Assembly (NCBI GenBank): GCA_045530975.1
Contig: JAZSDB010000189.1
Coordinates: 1 to 36,901 of the forward strand
Source: Eubacteriales bacterium
Lineage (GTDB): Bacteria > Bacillota > Clostridia > Oscillospirales > CAG-382
Direction of reading: 5' to 3'
DNA: 36,901 bases
Below are positions 36,131 to 36,901 of the stretch, piece by piece. A program made the position numbers and the translations under genes. The notes under the pieces were generated by a model, which was given only the letters and a program-made list of their open reading frames with translations, made no database searches and had not been told where the DNA came from. Position 1 is the first letter of the stretch; each line of letters starts with the position of its first letter.

Positions 36131-36901
36131 TTATTCACCGTCAGCGGGCTTATTTTCCTGTGCTTCTTCCTTGTTTTCCATATCGTTTATGGATTTTGTA
36201 ACCTTATGCTCAATGGGGGTCCATTCAACCTTTTTGAAAAGTGCCACAACCGCAATGGGCGCATAGCTGAGCATAAATATGGGGAAGGAGAAAAGGTACT
36301 TGATACGCTTACCGGGAGGTGCGTCTATAACATCCCATTCGGTAATCATGGTAATAAAGCCAACCACGAATATAAGCATATAGATGATGGTGGAGAAATA
36401 CAGCACCGGCGTGAGGCAGTGAACGAGGAATACGTTCAAATTGGGGTTCTGTGCGAAAATTGTAGCACCGTAGATACACTCGCCGATGCAGCAAAGCACC
36501 GAAAGAATGGTAAACATAAGAGCGGGGAAAACCGTCATAAGCATATCGTAGCAGGCAAAGGAGCCCTTAAATATGCCCTTGAACAGACTTTTTCCGTATT
36601 TACCGAAAACCTGATAGAAGCCCTTGGACCAACGGAGACGCTGGTTCCAGGATTGCTTGAAGGTATCGGGCTGTTCATCATAAACGATAGAACCGGCACT
36701 GTAACCGATTTTTTCGCCCTGAACTGCCATATCTATTGAAAATTCGATATCTTCTGTCAAAAGATGGTATTTCCAACCGTTATTACGCTCAACAACCTTT
36801 CTGCTGATACAGAAGCCGGTACCGGAAATGGCACAGGAGGTATCAAGACGCATTCTTGCATTATTGAGGTATTTTGCTTCACGGAGGAACCAGAGAGAAT
36901 A
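36131..36901 (-). CDS. Family-2 glycosyltransferase, synthase-like with a C-terminal membrane domain (5' end outside the window)
   Basis: LTEDIEFS (TED) and QRLRWSKG (QxxRW) motifs are followed by about 4 TM segments. The frame stays open upstream of the ORF-track Met at 36853 through to base 36901 (...YSLWFLREAKYLNNARMRLD), so the gene is truncated by the window edge. Confidence 0.85.
   Translation of the reverse strand, partial: YSLWFLREAKYLNNARMRLDTSCAISGTGFCISRKVVERNNGWKYHLLTEDIEFSIDMAVQGEKIGYSAGSIVYDEQPDTFKQSWNQRLRWSKGFYQVFGKYGKSLFKGIFKGSFACYDMLMTVFPALMFTILSVLCCIGECIYGATIFAQNPNLNVFLVHCLTPVLYFSTIIYMLIFVVGFITMITEWDVIDAPPGKRIKYLFSFPIFMLSYAPIAVVALFKKVEWTPIEHKVTKSINDMENKEEAQENKPADGE

Noticed and set aside
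1-36901. A search by eye for mobile elements, phage genes, toxin-antitoxin pairs, restriction-modification or other known defence systems, tRNA/rRNA genes and riboswitches.
   Set aside because: None found. Every long ORF is accounted for by housekeeping, repair or envelope functions or by the few hypotheticals listed. Intergenic space is too small (largest gaps about 173, 126 and 108-150 bp) to hold structured RNA genes that I could recognise.

Overview
All 27 credible genes in this window lie on the minus strand and are tightly packed. The content looks like a core chromosomal stretch of a spore-forming, PolC-type Firmicute (Clostridia-like). I saw no rRNA, tRNA, CRISPR array, transposase, integrase or recognisable defence system.

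Reading the minus strand from right to left:
- **Polysaccharide and cell-envelope module.** A partial synthase-type GT2 gene has its own terminator. A promoter-to-terminator operon then encodes a fused Wzz/BY-tyrosine kinase, a CpsB-type phosphatase, an unknown surface protein and an LCP ligase.
- **dinB cassette.** A self-contained dinB gene sits between the GT2 gene and that operon. It has a near-consensus promoter and twin LexA (Cheo) boxes.
- **Repair block.** uvrB-uvrA is followed after only 11 nt by an uncharacterised radical-SAM plus DUF2344-type pair.
- **Housekeeping array.** A promoter carrying a perfect 23-bp palindrome precedes an orphan lipoprotein gene. It is followed by pyrH-frr-uppS-cdsA-dxr-rseP-ispG-polC, a PHP phosphatase, an AsnC regulator, an aminotransferase, ispE, spoIIR, addB and addA.
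- **Third addBA cistron.** An unknown 131-aa gene is translationally coupled to addA.

The candidates for undescribed biology are:
1. The radical-SAM/DUF2344 pair riding on uvrBA.
2. The extra cistron of addBA.
3. The tyrosine-kinase operon, which has a second, repeat-encoded tyrosine cluster and a sortase-signal-like surface protein.
4. The palindromic operator and orphan lipoprotein at the head of the pyrH-polC array.

All family assignments come from motif recognition by eye. No searches were run.
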